This document shows, in pieces, positions 15,081-30,672 of a DNA stretch of 64,000 nucleotides. Every line of letters starts with the position of its first letter. Within the stretch, counting starts at the first letter, position 1. The DNA comes from the human T2T-CHM13v2.0 reference genome, Homo sapiens, in NCBI RefSeq assembly GCF_009914755.1, contig NC_060933.1. The stretch is one strand, 5' to 3'. The notes beneath the pieces were generated by a model. That model searched no databases. It was given only the letters and a program-made list of their open reading frames with translations, and was not told the origin of the DNA. The position numbers and the translations under genes are program-made.

Positions 15081-15527
15081 TGTATTATGTTCCCTAGAAA
15101 GATATGTTGAAGTCCTAATTTTCAGTACCTGTGCATGTGACCTTATTTGGAAATAGGGTCTTTGCAAATATAATCAAGTTAAGATGAGTTCATGAGGGTG
15201 AGCTCTAACCTAGTATAACTGGTGTTCTTATAAGAAGAGGAAAATGCCACATGAAGAGGGAGACACATGGAGAGAAGCGCTAAATGGTGACAGAGGCCAG
15301 GGCTGGAGTAACACAGTGGCAAGCCAAGGGACTCCAAGAAAGATGGCTACCACCAGAAGCTAAAAAGTAGCAAGGAAGAATTCAATCGAGTCTCAGAGGG
15401 AGCATGGCCCTGCCAGTACTTTATTTTGGACTTCTAGCCTCCAGAACTGTGGGAAAATAAATCTCTGTCATTTGAAGCCACCCAGACTGTCGTACTTTGT
15501 AGCGACAGCCCTAGGAAACTGATAAAA
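15081..15527 (+). mobile_element. MLT1B/C MaLR LTR nested in an older ERVL-type LTR (about 15002-15770)
   Basis: gatatgttgaagtcctaa...tgtgaccttatttggaaatagggtctttgca...cagccctaggaaactgata; host begins tgtcatggattgggttctctggaagca. Confidence 0.85.
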
Positions 15528-16077
15528 CCTGTAAAAAGATGAGGGAAGGCGCACAAAATGAAAGTCCCACGCAAGACACACAAAGCCTGGGCCACCTTGA
15601 TGGGGAGCTGGAGGAAGAGTGCCACCGTGCCACTCAGTCACAAGAGGTGACTGCCCCAGGAAGGCCATGACCTAGGCTAAACTGGCTCCCTGCAGAGGCA
15701 TGCAGTAAGGCAGTCTTCCCTTCTTACAGGAGATCTGGGTAGCTCATCTCCATGTCTACACAGCAAGCCGAGCGAAAAAATGGGCAGCGAAAATAGTGTA
15801 TAGTCATTTTGCTTTCTTAATTGAAAAACAGGTTTTTAAATGATTTAAAATCAAAAAGATAATATGAGCAAACCAGCAAAGAAATAATGAGTAAAAATAA
15901 GTATAGTAACAACAAATGTAATTAATAGTAAACAAAACATTGTTATAGGCATTGCCTTTATTTCCTGACCAACATAGTTCTGGAATGTATAAGGCAAAAA
16001 AATGAAGTAGACATACAGGAGAACATGGCAAAACTATAATTATATTAGGGAATTTTGATATAATTATTTCATAATTT

Positions 16078-16443
<366 letters not shown>

Positions 16444-17484
16444 TTATACCCTAAAAACACAGAATCTGCATTTTTCTCTTTTGTCTATAGAAGGTTTACA
16501 AAAATCTATTTCTATGGCCACAGGAAAAAACTAAATGAATTTGCGGAGAAAAGCTATTTTACTCATCCCCTTTTTTATCCCACTGTGATAAAACAAAAAA
16601 TTGACAGTGAAATGATAATAATAAGTAAAATGTAAATGCTTGAAATTAAGAAGCCTTCTTATAGATGATTCCTGGATCAAATTGAAAATCAAATACAAAA
16701 TGACAAATTCTCTGGAAGTTAATTAAAAAGAACATTTCACATCAAAACTTATGAAGAAATTGTTAATGCATTTAGGAATACTTTGTAGCCTAAATGCTTT
16801 TGGTACTATTAAAAAAAAAAAAGAGTGAAAAATAAGCTAAATATTGCATCTAAGAAATTTTTTTAAGAATCAGAAGAAAGAAGGTATTATTAATGACGAA
16901 AGCTAAAATTAATGTAATTGGCCTCAAAACAATTAAAAGGAGAGAATCTGACTAATGAAAATATGTATATAATATAAAGAATGTACAAATACACATGCAA
17001 CATTAGGAATGAGGAAAAAAAATTGCCCAGATCCCGGAAGGATTAAAATAAGTCAATAAGACAATGTTATGTTCAGGTTTATGGCAATAAAATTTGAAAT
17101 CTAGAGGAAATTGATGTTTTTCTAATAAACTATAAATTACCAAAATTTGATTCAAAGAAAGGTTATAAATCCCGAGAGGAGTTATAAACAGAAAAAAACG
17201 TGAGTGCGTATAAAGAAAGCCTTCCAATTTTATGAAAAGTATAAATTCTTTCATACCAAAAACTGATAAAGATGGCCACAACGGTTGTTCAATATCACTT
17301 ATGAAAATATGCTTTTAAGAAGATTAAGAAATCAAATCAAAGATTTATTCTAGAAACATAAGGATTTTTAATTTTATATTTTTATATTTCTAGAAATATA
17401 AGGATTTATATTTCACTTTATTTAAAAGAGTGACAAATGAAAATATCCGGGAGTGAATTTAGTAAGACATAAGACAAATTTTAA

Positions 17485-18006
<522 letters not shown>

Positions 18007-19255
18007 TAAATGCAAGAAAATTTCCAAACTTGAAGGAAAAACAGTCAGCATGGGGAAGTCGTGCCAGCAGGCATCAAAGCATACTATCATGTTACTGCAT
18101 TTTAAGCAATATGGCATTAGCTTAGGAATCCACAAGTCAATGTTTGGAACAGAGTAGATGCCATAACTAAATCAATGTATATAGGAAAACTTAATGTATG
18201 CTAAAGGTGGCTTGTCTTTCTGGTAAGGAAAATATCATTAAGTAAATGATTTGGGGGCAATTAGGTGTCCATCTGGGGCAATATTCCATTTGGATTAGAT
18301 TCCATTTGAAGTAAGAGCTAATATTAAAGATGGACCCATAAAGCTATCAAGAGAAAATATGGGAGAATACATGTATAACATCAGGTTAGGGGGAGCTCTC
18401 TTTCATAATCCATCTTCCAAAAAGGAAAAATTGCAAGATAGTAAATTTATAATCCATAAAGGAAAAATTGGCAGATTTGACTGTGTAAAAATTTAAAATG
18501 TCTATGACAAGACACAATAAATAAAGGCAAAAGAAGAATAATACTTGCAACCTCTAGGACAGAGCTAATGTTTAAAATACTAAGAGGTCTCACAAATTGT
18601 TTATAAAAGAAAGATAAAACAGCCCAGTATAAAAATAGTCAAAGGGCATGAACTGGAATTGTAAATCACCAATAAACCTGTGAAAAGAATCAGCCCCGTT
18701 AGTAGTGAGAGAAGGCGAATTAAAACCAGAGATGCCTATCAGGTGAGCAAACACTTTTAAAGATGGCGAACACCAGTGCTGATCAGTGTGTCAATAAGCA
18801 GACACTCACCATGCACATTTGGGCTGATTGCTTCAACCTTTGCACCGGAAAGAAATGTAGCAATAGTCATTCAAATAGTTAACATGCTTATTATGTTTGG
18901 CCCCACAGTTATTCCACTTCTAGGATTCTTTCCCACAAAAATAAAAGTACTAGAACATTAAAGATGTTTGAATAAGACTGTTTATTCCTGCTCTGGTTAA
19001 GGTAGCCAAATTTGGAAACAGTCTGCATGTTCATCCACAGAAGAGTGATTGGTTAAACAATGGTATGTCCATCTTGTGAATATATGCAGTTATTTTTAAA
19101 TGAGGTAGATATATAGATTTTTAAAATATTTTGATAAGAGCAAGTGGCAGAAATAAATGTGTGTGTGAAAAAGCATAGGGAAGATTTTGAAAGGCTATAA
19201 AACAAACAGACTGTTTATATTGGCTATCGCACGGTGGGGGAGATAAGACCTCATT

Positions 19256-19399
<144 letters not shown>

Positions 19400-20004
19400 T
19401 AATTCCTTTTTACTTTATACCTCTCTACATTTTTAAATTGATTACAATAAGCAAGTATCTCTTCTGTATAAAACATAATTATAGCACAACAGCTTTTTTG
19501 AACTTTTCTTTGAAGTTGTGTCATCTAATCAACCCTTATGGAAATCACAGGTAGTTTATCATAGGGATAATATTGAAAAATTGTCCACATGTCACATGGT
19601 GTCACCTCTGTGAAGATCCATAGGAGAAATTTCCACTCCAGCTTGAATCTCCAGATACCTGTGGTTCATTTGAGCAACTGCTTTGCTTTTATCTTTTGCG
19701 CATTGTGCATCTGGTAACTGATCGTATTTTCCTTTCCTCTGGAAACCAGGAATCTCAGAGTCAAGTTGTAGACTGTAAAGTTTATTCAACAACCATACCA
19801 GACTCTGTGGCTTATGTTCTATGCACAGCCCTTGCTGATAGAATCATCTTGCTCTCCATGTTTATTTTCCCTCACCCACATTCCTTCCTTTGTTTTAATT
19901 TTAACTGCTTATGTTGCATGTATCCCTATAGCTACCTCTGATCTTTTTTGGGAGATGTAGTAGGGATATGAATAAATGATGACCAGAAATTTCTATTTTA
20001 ACAG

Positions 20005-20089
20005 AAACCTGGCAAAGAAAACGGTCTCGACAATGAGTAGGCCACCCATCACTACTAACTACAGATGACTTGCCATTTCATTTACAAAG
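20005..20089 (+). other. PIP5K1B: PIP5K1B non-coding 5'UTR exon (85 nt) immediately upstream of the ATG exon
   Basis: Acceptor ttctattttaacAG|AAACCT and strong donor AAG|GTAAGG; unique non-repeat sequence. Length fits my recollection of a c.-85..-1 exon. Confidence 0.85.
20033..20068 (+). other. uORF1 (MSRPPITTNYR*) in the 5'UTR exon
   Basis: acaATGa at 20033 (A at -3), TGA at 20066-20068; read directly from sequence. Translation not demonstrated. Confidence 0.7.
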
Positions 20090-20574
20090 GTAAGGAAATA
20101 AAGTCTGTATTTTTAATTAATTCTGATCAAATCAGTATAGAGCCCTTACCTTTTTATTGTAAATATTTTTACAAATATTCTAAAACATATATCTAGCTCA
20201 TAACCTTTAACTCTGACATCAAATTTGAATAAAACATCAAGCAAACAGAAACAAGAAATTTTATGAATTTTGGCATGCCAGAAGGGTTAAAAAAAAAACC
20301 GAGATGTGGTCTCTGTTGTTAATTACTATGTGTGTTAAATTTTTAAATAGTATTTTCCTTATTTTTAAGTGTAGCAGTGTTCACTGTAGAATACTTGGAG
20401 AATCTAACAAAATATAAAAATGAAAACCTAAAGCATTTATAATCCCATCATCTGTAGATAATCACCAGAACTTCTGAGAATGTCTTTCCTCCTTCCTTTT
20501 ATGTGTACATGGAAAATACACATGATTATAACTTCAAAAAAAATTTTTAGAGACGATGTCTCGCTGTGTCTTTC

Positions 20575-20724
20575 AGGTGAAATTCATATAACATAAAATT
20601 AGCCATTTAAAAATGAACAATTCAGTGTTCATTTTTAGTACAGTTTAGTACATTTACAATGTTATGCAACCACTACCTCTATGCAGTTCCAAAACATCTG
20701 CATCACCCCAAAAGGAAACTCAGT
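20575..20724 (-). mobile_element. L1MB-type 3'UTR fragment
   Basis: ggtgaaattcatataacataaaattagccattt...catcaccccaaaaggaaac. Confidence 0.8.
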
Positions 20725-20725
20725 G

Positions 20726-21116
<391 letters not shown>

Positions 21117-22526
21117 TAATTATATAATGTTTTTTAAAACAATGTTTTGAATTCATACTTACCTTGACTTCATTAGTTACAGATGATGTGGTGCAGAAGC
21201 ATAGCAAGTCTAAGAAGAAACAGTAGTCATCATTGTGACCATTGTAATGGCCCTTTGCAGTTTACCAGTACATCCCCAAGCATCTTATTTGTCCCTGCTA
21301 CATGGCCTCTCCGACTCCAAGGCCCCTGGTTAATCGGTTTATGTGACCTTTGTTAAACATCACTCTACAGGAAAAATAAATGAATAACTCTTGAATCCAG
21401 ATGATAGTTCATGGCCTTCGTTTATCATTATTTTATGTTTTGTGCTGCTTAAAAGGAAGTGTTTTAAAAAAAAATAGAAGTTTACCTGTTTTTCTCCTCC
21501 TCTTCCCTACTGTCAAGTCAGGGATGATTCACAAAGTAATAAAAAGTACTTTAAGACCATCTCATCCTCCGTCCTTCATTCATGCCAGTTAGTTAACCTC
21601 TCATTAAGGTTGTTTTTTTAAGCACCCTTCAGAGTTGCTCTTGTAGTTTTTTGGTTTTAAAAGCTGCAAAGTCTTAAAAGTGAAATTACTGGAATGGCAT
21701 TCTTTAGGGAGGTCTTCATTCTGTTGGCTCTGTTAAACAGTTGAAGGCCTGTATTTTACCCTGAGCCTGATACATAAACCATTTTAATTCTTCTGGCATT
21801 TTTATTCAAAACTGACCTAATATGATTATAAAGAGACTAGAAAAATGAATTATTCTTTAAGTCAATTTAAGCTGATACAGCATGGAAAACAATAGTTTGT
21901 GAAACATCTGTCCTGGAAGACTCTATTCTAACACGGACAGATTAAATAGATGCAAATAGAATTGCAAAATTATGTAAGAGGGTGGTTTGATTGGTGGGCA
22001 GTACTAGATCTAGTGAGGTTGGCTCACCGTGATTCTTGCGTTTATTTTCCTGGATGGTTTTTAGTCATATCAAGCTCATGGCAGTGTGGGTAAACTCAGT
22101 CACTTAGTTCCAAGGCACAGAAATGGTTGATGAATCCCTAGGTTTAGCATATGCCGTGTTTATTAAAAGCCCAGAATTTAAAGCATGCTTCAAAAGCGTA
22201 AAAGAAAGTCAGAAATTTTACCCTTCCTTGGTGTATTAAATGTTCTGCATGCAGTTTAAGGTAAGACCCTTAAATTATGGTTCCCTAATTATGAAGTTAT
22301 CCTTGTTTACCACAGAAGTAACATAACTGGCTTTAAAAATTCAGATGAATTATAGGTCACATGTGAAAATCTTATCATTAGGAAGAGAGAGAAACACATT
22401 TGAAGATCAGATCTCCCAATGAAAAAACATATTTTATCTTAAGGCATTAGAATTCACAAAGATACGCAATAGTTTTGAGTGTGTAAAAATGTAAACTTCT
22501 CTATATCATAATTATGAAACAAGTTA

Positions 22527-22838
<312 letters not shown>

Positions 22839-23717
22839 TTAATAATGCACTTGGCAAGCAATTAATGACCTTAAAACATAAAAATAAGCAAACCACTAGT
22901 ATGAATAACCATAATAGGTAAAAATCAATATCAGAAACATTAAGACCTCCATAGATAAATGGACGAAACAATGGAAGACTCGAAGAAATACAAAGAACTA
23001 AAACTGATGTGAAAACAATGTTAACCTTCACCAGTAATTTTCACAGATGCAAATTAAAACCAGGAGATGATTTCTTTTACCTGTCAGATTAGCAAAGCTG
23101 TTTAAGATGATAACAGTCATTACTAAATGTGTAATGAAACAAGCCCCCACTCACTGCTGATAGCAGTGTGAATGAGTATACTCTTCTGGAAATAAATTTA
23201 CCAATATGTAGTAAAAGCTTTAAATTTTTTAATACCCTAGTATGCCCTAGCAGTTCCAAGAATTGAGTCCAAGAAAACATTGAAGTTAGATAAAGATATA
23301 AGCATAAAATAATTATTGTACTATTTGCAGGAGCAAAACTCTTTGAGCTGCCTCAACTATCCTTCAATATTAGCATTGACTAAAGTATTAACACACAGTG
23401 GTGTCCACACAGTGGTATATCTTGCAACTAGAAAAAAATTATTCTTACAAAGATATTTTTGTAATCAAATGGGAAAATGTTTATTACATAAATGTTCAGT
23501 GAAAAATACTGGGTAAGATAGTATTGTAAGTTTTTTCATATGAAAATACACATAATAAAAGGTAGAAATAAATATGACAAAATGTGAATAGAGGAGTTGC
23601 CCAAGGGTAGTAGAATTGAGTAATTTTTTTGTTCTGACTCATATTTTTTGGTACTTCCCAGATAATTTTACAGTGAGCATGCATAACCAGAAGAAAAGTT
23701 TTTTAAAAGGCTATGTA

Positions 23718-23882
23718 GCCTGGGCACGGTGGCAAATGCCTATAATCTCAGTTACTCGAGAGGCTGAGATGGGAGGACTGCTTGAACTGAAGAGTTTGAG
23801 GCTGCAGTGAGCCATGATCACACCACTGCATTCCAATTCCAGCCTGGGTGATAGAGTGAAACCCCATCTCTAAAAAAAAAAA
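23718..23882 (+). mobile_element. Alu right monomer (FRAM-like)
   Basis: gcctgggcacggtggc...gaggctgcagtgagccatgatc...poly-A. Confidence 0.85.
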
Positions 23883-24158
23883 GCTTTGTAGAAAGAAACT
23901 TATACACATGTACATGCTTTCTTAGAGCATATGGGATAAAATATATTACGAAAATGTTTTAGATTTATTTTTGAAAGATTAAGGAATGCAGATTTCTTTT
24001 TTAGTATTCTGAAATGTTTCTGTCTTCCTTAGGAACAACAGCAATAGCAATAACAAAAACATACTTAACTAAAATAGATCCTTTGGTTAGCAATATTATT
24101 AATATATTGTATTTCAGAGTAACATTGAAGTTCAAAGGGCAGTGTGTTTCTCTTGTAG

Positions 24159-24227
24159 ATGTCTTCTGCTGCTGAAAATGGAGAGGCAGCACCTGGAAAA
24201 CAAAATGAAGAAAAAACCTATAAAAAG
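24159..24227 (+). CDS. PIP5K1B: PIP5K1B first coding exon (codons 1-23, MSSAAENGEAAPGKQNEEKTYKK), phase-0 end
   Basis: Acceptor tttctcttgtAG directly before ATG at 24159; 69 nt open frame; donor AAG|GTGAGT at 24227/24228. Peptide matches the PIP5K1B N-terminus from memory. Confidence 0.96.
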
Positions 24228-24326
24228 GTGAGTGTGCATTTTATTTTCTAAAGAGGAACACCGTTTTGCTGTTTGGCACGTGAATATTATCAAAGGCCTT
24301 TCCTTCTCCCAAGCAGTTGTAAGTTA

Positions 24327-24830
24327 CTATCTTAGTTTCCAGTTGCTGCTATAACTAATTACTGCAAATTTAGTGGCTTAGACAACATACATGCATTATC
24401 TTATAGTTCAGTGAGTCAGAAGCCTGACATGGGTCTCCCTGGGCTGAGATCCATGTGTTTGCAGAGCTGTATTCCTTCCTGGACACTCCAGGGGAGAGTC
24501 CACTTCCTTGTCTTTTCCGGCTTCTAGAGGCTCCCTGCGTGCCCTGTGTCATGGCTCCCTGCCATCTTCAAAGCCAGCAATGGCCGGTGGCGTCTTTCCC
24601 AGGCTGTATCACTCTGACACTTTAAAGGGCCTGTGTGATTGCATTGAGCCCTCCTAGGCTCACAGAAATATGGGAAAATATTAATAAAAATTAATATTCT
24701 TTATCTAAAAGGTCAGCTGATTAGCAACGTTAATTTCCTCTGCAACTTGAATTCATTTTTGCCTTAGAAGGTGACATATTCACAGGTCCCAAGGATTAGA
24801 GCATGGGAATCTTTGGGGGTCAATTCACCA
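24327..24830 (-). mobile_element. MLT1D-like MaLR LTR, 100 bp downstream of the coding exon
   Basis: ttagtttcc...gctgctataac...tagtggctta...cacaggtcccaaggattag. Confidence 0.85.
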
Positions 24831-26369
24831 TAATATAGAATATTGAGTGAAGAGAGTTGTTTGAAGACCCTTCTTATTCCTAAGAAGAAGGCTCCTGAGG
24901 GCATGCAGTGTTCTGTGTATAATATATGAATCCTTTAATGGACTCACTACTTTCCACCAACATTTAAAACATTTCCTACCTTTGTATTTTAAAACTTTTA
25001 AAATGTGAGATGCTCCTCTTCCCCACCTTTTCTAAGCCGCTCAGATTTTATGTCTTCAGCCCATTTCACAAAAAGTCTTTTTCCAGACTTCCTAATGTAT
25101 CTTAACTTACCAGTCTTTGATAAATTCTCGACTCCCAGCTACCAAGCTAATGTTCAAACACGTTACTGGGTAAAATATGTTCCCAAGCACCTCTACTCCT
25201 GATTATAAATTGACTATACATTTTAGCTTTTCAAAGTTCTTGCTATTTTGCCCTCTTAAGAGTAGGAGGTTTGTGTATTGAAGGTTTATTATTTCTTAAT
25301 TTTTCCTTTTATACTTTGATGGACAGCCTGCAAGACGTTTAGTCATAAAGTACATGAGCTATGGGCTCTGACCACATATTCAGGTCATGGAACTAGCATG
25401 ATGTATTTTCTATTCCATTTTCATATGGGAGAATGTGCCCTTTTTCCTGGCATATCTTCTTTATCTGATTTTTCCACTCAGCCAAACCTTGAAATACAAA
25501 CTGGGAGGTTGTCATTCAAAGTGATGGTGTGGTTGGAAAAGAGTTGGGTAAAGATTCAAGAGCTCAGAAGTGCCGCAGTATATTTTATAAAATTTGTACA
25601 TTGGGCCAGAGGCAACAATACACTATTATTTATTTTTAGACACAAGTGAAAAACCAAATCCTGTCTCGTTTACCCAAGATTCCGTGTACATTCATTCAAG
25701 CATGGACCAACACAGAGATGATTACGTTGCTAGCCTGTTATTACTTCAGATCAGTTTCAGGTGGTATTCTCAATCAGCATCAAGATGCACTGAAATTCTT
25801 GACCAAATTCTGACTCACAGGAGATCCTTTGTCGCTGCAAAAGTTATAGAAAAAATGTGACCATGACATCTCAGAGTTTGCTAAGTGTACCCTGCCCAAG
25901 AATTTATTTAGTCAAGCAGGTTTTCAATAATTAGTATAGGTAATTCTATGATTAATGTCTCCAGTAGGATATTTAACTCAGCAATGTTTTTTAGGTTGTA
26001 AAAACTAAAAATCAAATTCTATGGTAGGAGAAATAAGGAAAGACACAGAAAACCTAAGGGGACCAGAAATTTTTTTTAATGAACAATTTTTTATGTGTAA
26101 TAATATCAGGATCTTATTAATGATTTCTGGTTTTAAAAAGTATAAGCAATGGAAGGAGATGTACGTAGCCTCTCTTAAAAAGCACCAAGAAGACCAGCAC
26201 AGCACTTAGAACTTCAGCCCTTAATAAATATGGTATTGATATGAATAGCAAGAAGAAGGAATCGCTTAGAGAGAGTGTTGTTTTACTGGCAGGTAAAAGC
26301 TCAGCTGAATTATTCGGTTTAGTTCTCTGATCTTCAAACTAGAGAAGGTGTTCATGGTGGACTTAGGAG

Positions 26370-27500
26370 TTAGCTATTGCAAATGTGTTTATCTCCAGGT
26401 CCAGATAAACCATTTCCCAGATGAAAGAACTTAAAGCTAGAATAGGAAAACCTCTGAATGTGAGCTTTAAATGAATTTCAGAATGGGAAAATTGTCAGAA
26501 AACAGGACATAAGCAAATATTATTCTTATTTTCAAAAATGAGGAAGAGTACATTCTGGAAACCAGATTATAAGTGAGACATTATTCCCCAGTATAATTTG
26601 AGCATTATTATTAAACATATGGTTTATACATATTTAGAGAAGAAACATATCTTTTACAAACCTGGAGAAATTCATAAAGATGTAGTTTATTTCAAACTAA
26701 CTGCATTTCCTATTTTGAGAGAGTCATTAAATTACTCATAAAGAGTATGTTCAAATTTAATGAGTCTTGATTTAAAGGTGTCTAAAAGATTCGCTAGTCT
26801 CCTTTCAGACAAGGTGGATAAGTATGGGTTAAATATTATGTTTATTGTGTTTGTATCTGGTTGGACCGATGGTCTCGAAAACTGGCAATTTTGCTCCCTG
26901 TTCACTCGGTTTCCACCAGCATGATGCATGAGTTGGCCCTGGGTAGCTTACCATGTTCACCCATGACCTTAATGAAAGCATAAAAGCAGTGCTTTGCAAA
27001 TGCAAATGACAAAAAAATTGTAAATGATAGCAAACAGACTACACAAGTGTTGTCAAGGCCACCATACATCTTATTCCCTTTACAAATACCTTAAATTTCT
27101 TTCCCAGTCCTGAAGCCCTGATCATAAGGTATGCACAGATTTACTAAGAAGCTTTGATGACCCATTGTGTTTTTGCATTGACTGAAGCCAGTCCATGGAT
27201 CCCAGGTTAAGGCCCCTGGTCCTTTATGCTAGGAGTGAGAAATATACCACAGGAGTTTATAAGTAGCTCACAGTGGAGTGGGAGAGGCAAGACATGAAAA
27301 CAGTTTTAGAACACAGTAGTCTATAATGAGGAGTTCAAAAGGGAAGAAACCAATGTTGTTAGAATTAAGCAGCAGGTTTAGGCTTTCTGTATGGAGCCCC
27401 AGATTTACTGGGCAGCTGCCAGTAACATTCAGCGTCATGAGTGCTATGATTTCCACGTGTTATTAGGGAACACTCAGTGTTCATGGGACAACTTTACACT
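26370..27500 (+). mobile_element. CR1/L3 LINE reverse-transcriptase relic, interrupted near 27090-27220
   Basis: Degenerate tctccaggtccagataa...aaagaactt...gcaaatatt..cttattttcaaaaa (SPGPD..LKEL..AN..PIFKK motifs). Confidence 0.7.
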
Positions 27501-27789
27501 TTGCGTCTCAGCTATTTGCATGTGATTATTGAGGCTGGCTGCCTTTTGTCTTGCAGTTGACCATTTCCTGAATCCATTCTCAGTTCTTGGCAAGCCCGGG
27601 AAGAACAGCTAACATTGGTCCGTGAGGTTAATAATGTCTTCAGCTAATGGCTAAAATAAGAAGTTTGATTTTAGCTGCATAAAACAAACAAGTTGCCCAT
27701 TAAGACAGGCATTAAAGGCTGCCTGGCTATATTTACAGAGTGGAGTATTTCCATTATCAGTTAATTTATTGAGTGCTTTCCGCAAGAGT

Positions 27790-28114
27790 TGTAAATGCAG
27801 AAGCCTACTGGGGCCAGGCAGCAAAGAAGGGAGTGAGAAAACGAGGGGACCATGGTAAACAGAACCCACGCCTTCCTTAAAAGGGGCAGCAGGCAGTCAG
27901 CTCTAGCCAACAGAGCTATGAATGAATGCTCGCCCAGGGTTGCCAGATACTCTGATGTTTTTCAAGAAAAGAGAGATGAAGATTTTGATATGAAATCTGC
28001 CATTTTTAAATAACAGCAACTAATTCAAATGTTTTTAAAAATACACTCTGGGCAAAACAGTTTGCCTGCGGACCCTATCTGTCCCGTAGGCAGTGGCCAG
28101 TTTACAACCTCTGA
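27790..28114 (-). mobile_element. MER102-like hAT relic
   Basis: ccagggttgccagat...ggccagtttacaacctctg terminus. Confidence 0.6.
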
Positions 28115-28251
28115 CCTCCCTGTTGGTGTAAAAAAGTGAGAAGAAAAAAGGAGGATGCAAAAGAAGTGTAAGAACTTGTCTCTGCCTCCCCTGACCTTAC
28201 AACTTATTTGGGAGAAAAAAGAGGGACCCACATGAAAAAATTAAATCTTGA

Positions 28252-28615
<364 letters not shown>

Positions 28616-28851
28616 TGACTGTGCATTCTGATTTACCTACGTGTTTGTCTTGATGTCAGGGAGTCCAATGAGCACAGGCACAGAAACAGGGAGGAGCATG
28701 ATTTGTTGGCATTACAGGAGAGGCTGGCCTGGACAAAGCTAAGTGGTGGTGTCTGGGGAAAGTAGTAGGCAGTTTTGGAAGTATGGGCTGGCTCTAAATG
28801 ACAGCTACCCTTGGGTGCTGGTTTGAGGTGTTTGGATTTTATGTTCTAGGC

Positions 28852-29056
28852 CAGTGTTGTTCAACGGAACTTCCCGCAATGATGGAAATGTTCTATAATT
28901 TGCACCAATGCGGTAGCCACAAGCTATGTGTGGCTATAGGGCATTTGAAATGTGGCCAGTGTGTCTGAGAACTGTAATTTTTAATCTTAATTTTAGTTAA
29001 ATTTAAACTTAAATAAGCACACGTGGCTGATGACTGCCATGCTGGGGAGTGCAGTT
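28852..29056. mobile_element. MER3 (hAT-Charlie)
   Basis: aatgatggaaatgttcta...gtagccac...tgtggcta...ttgaaatgtggc. Confidence 0.8.
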
Positions 29057-30335
29057 TTCAGGCGGTGATGTACTGTAACATTGTTGTAGGGGCTAGTGAC
29101 AAATGAAAGGCCTGTGCAAAGCCAGTGGCAGAGCACAAGTTGTACAGGGTTGAGGGAGATGACACGGGAAGGCTTTTGTGTTAGTTGAGCAACAAAGTTG
29201 GGTGCAAAGTTGAGTAGGAAAAGATGTGGGGAATATTTTTGAAAAGAAAATTACATTTCCAATCAGTGCGACTACCAGAAGTTTTCTGCCATTGGTGGAA
29301 CTAGGGAAGTTTGGGAAAGAGTATTGTGTTATTTTGGGATTTTGTTTGTTTGTTGTTTAAAAAGGCAAGAGACCTAAAAGGAAGCAGGAGGCGCAGGGCA
29401 CGAGTTTACTTGAAAGAGGATGGTCTCAATGCAAGTCAAATACTGATGCTAGACATTCAAGTTTTGTCTGTTTTATATGTGAAGAAATGACCCAGCCCCA
29501 CCTCTCCAAAACAAACAGATGTCAGGGTGGTTCAGTGACATATGCCAGGTTACCTTGCAGTTCTTTGTTAGGAAGATGATTAGAAGCTCCAGTCACATGA
29601 TGTCCCATGTTGTCATTTGTCCGTTGGACTGGGTCAGTGTTTCCCAACACCAGGGCCTTGACTGTCATGGGAAACGTGCACTGCCATTTGCCTTTCTTCT
29701 TGTCTCACCTCTTCACCCTGAGGTTGTCGTTCTAGGCCCCTCACCCCTTCCTCTTCTGTTTCTCCCGCCTTTCTGGGCCTGCCCACAATAGGCCTCCACT
29801 GGGAGATTCTGGTTTTGATGACCGCAGGCTGCCGTGGGGTCAGAGGCCACCTGCCTGTGGCACCGAGGCCTCGCCTACAGTGTGCAGAGTCTTTTTAGCT
29901 GGTTTTCACTGTGACGGGCACACGTGCTCACAGCATTCAGAAAGCTCCATTGGGAAACTGACCAGACCAGGACACCTACAGGATCCTTGACCCAAATGCC
30001 CAGTTTTTTTCACTTTGTTTTATCTTTGAAGACCTTGGTTGTTGCTTCATTCCAGTGTCTGAGACAGTTTCCTATCAGTGGAGGCAGGCAGCGGTGAGGA
30101 AGGAGGAAATAGTACCTGACCGTGACCACATTCCAAGGAAAGATGCCTTTTATTGCTTTTTCACCATGGGTAAGATAATAGCTCAGAGACACTTTGATCT
30201 AAAAGGAAGTATTTCTTTAAATACAGGGTCTTTTATAAAATGTTTCTGACAGCTGGTAACACTGTCTGTCTCCAGGGAGAACCGGGTAGTAGGGTCCTTA
30301 GTTGGTGGGAAACTTCTCTGTGTAAAGCTTTCTGT

Positions 30336-30672
<337 letters not shown>

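Noticed and set aside
17348-17410. Direct repeat ttctagaaaYataaggattt
   Set aside because: Local slippage duplication inside an AT-rich old L1; no sign of function.
24001-24192. Minus-strand 63-aa ORF over the coding exon
   Set aside because: Starts at GTG, has no recognisable homology, and is expected by chance.
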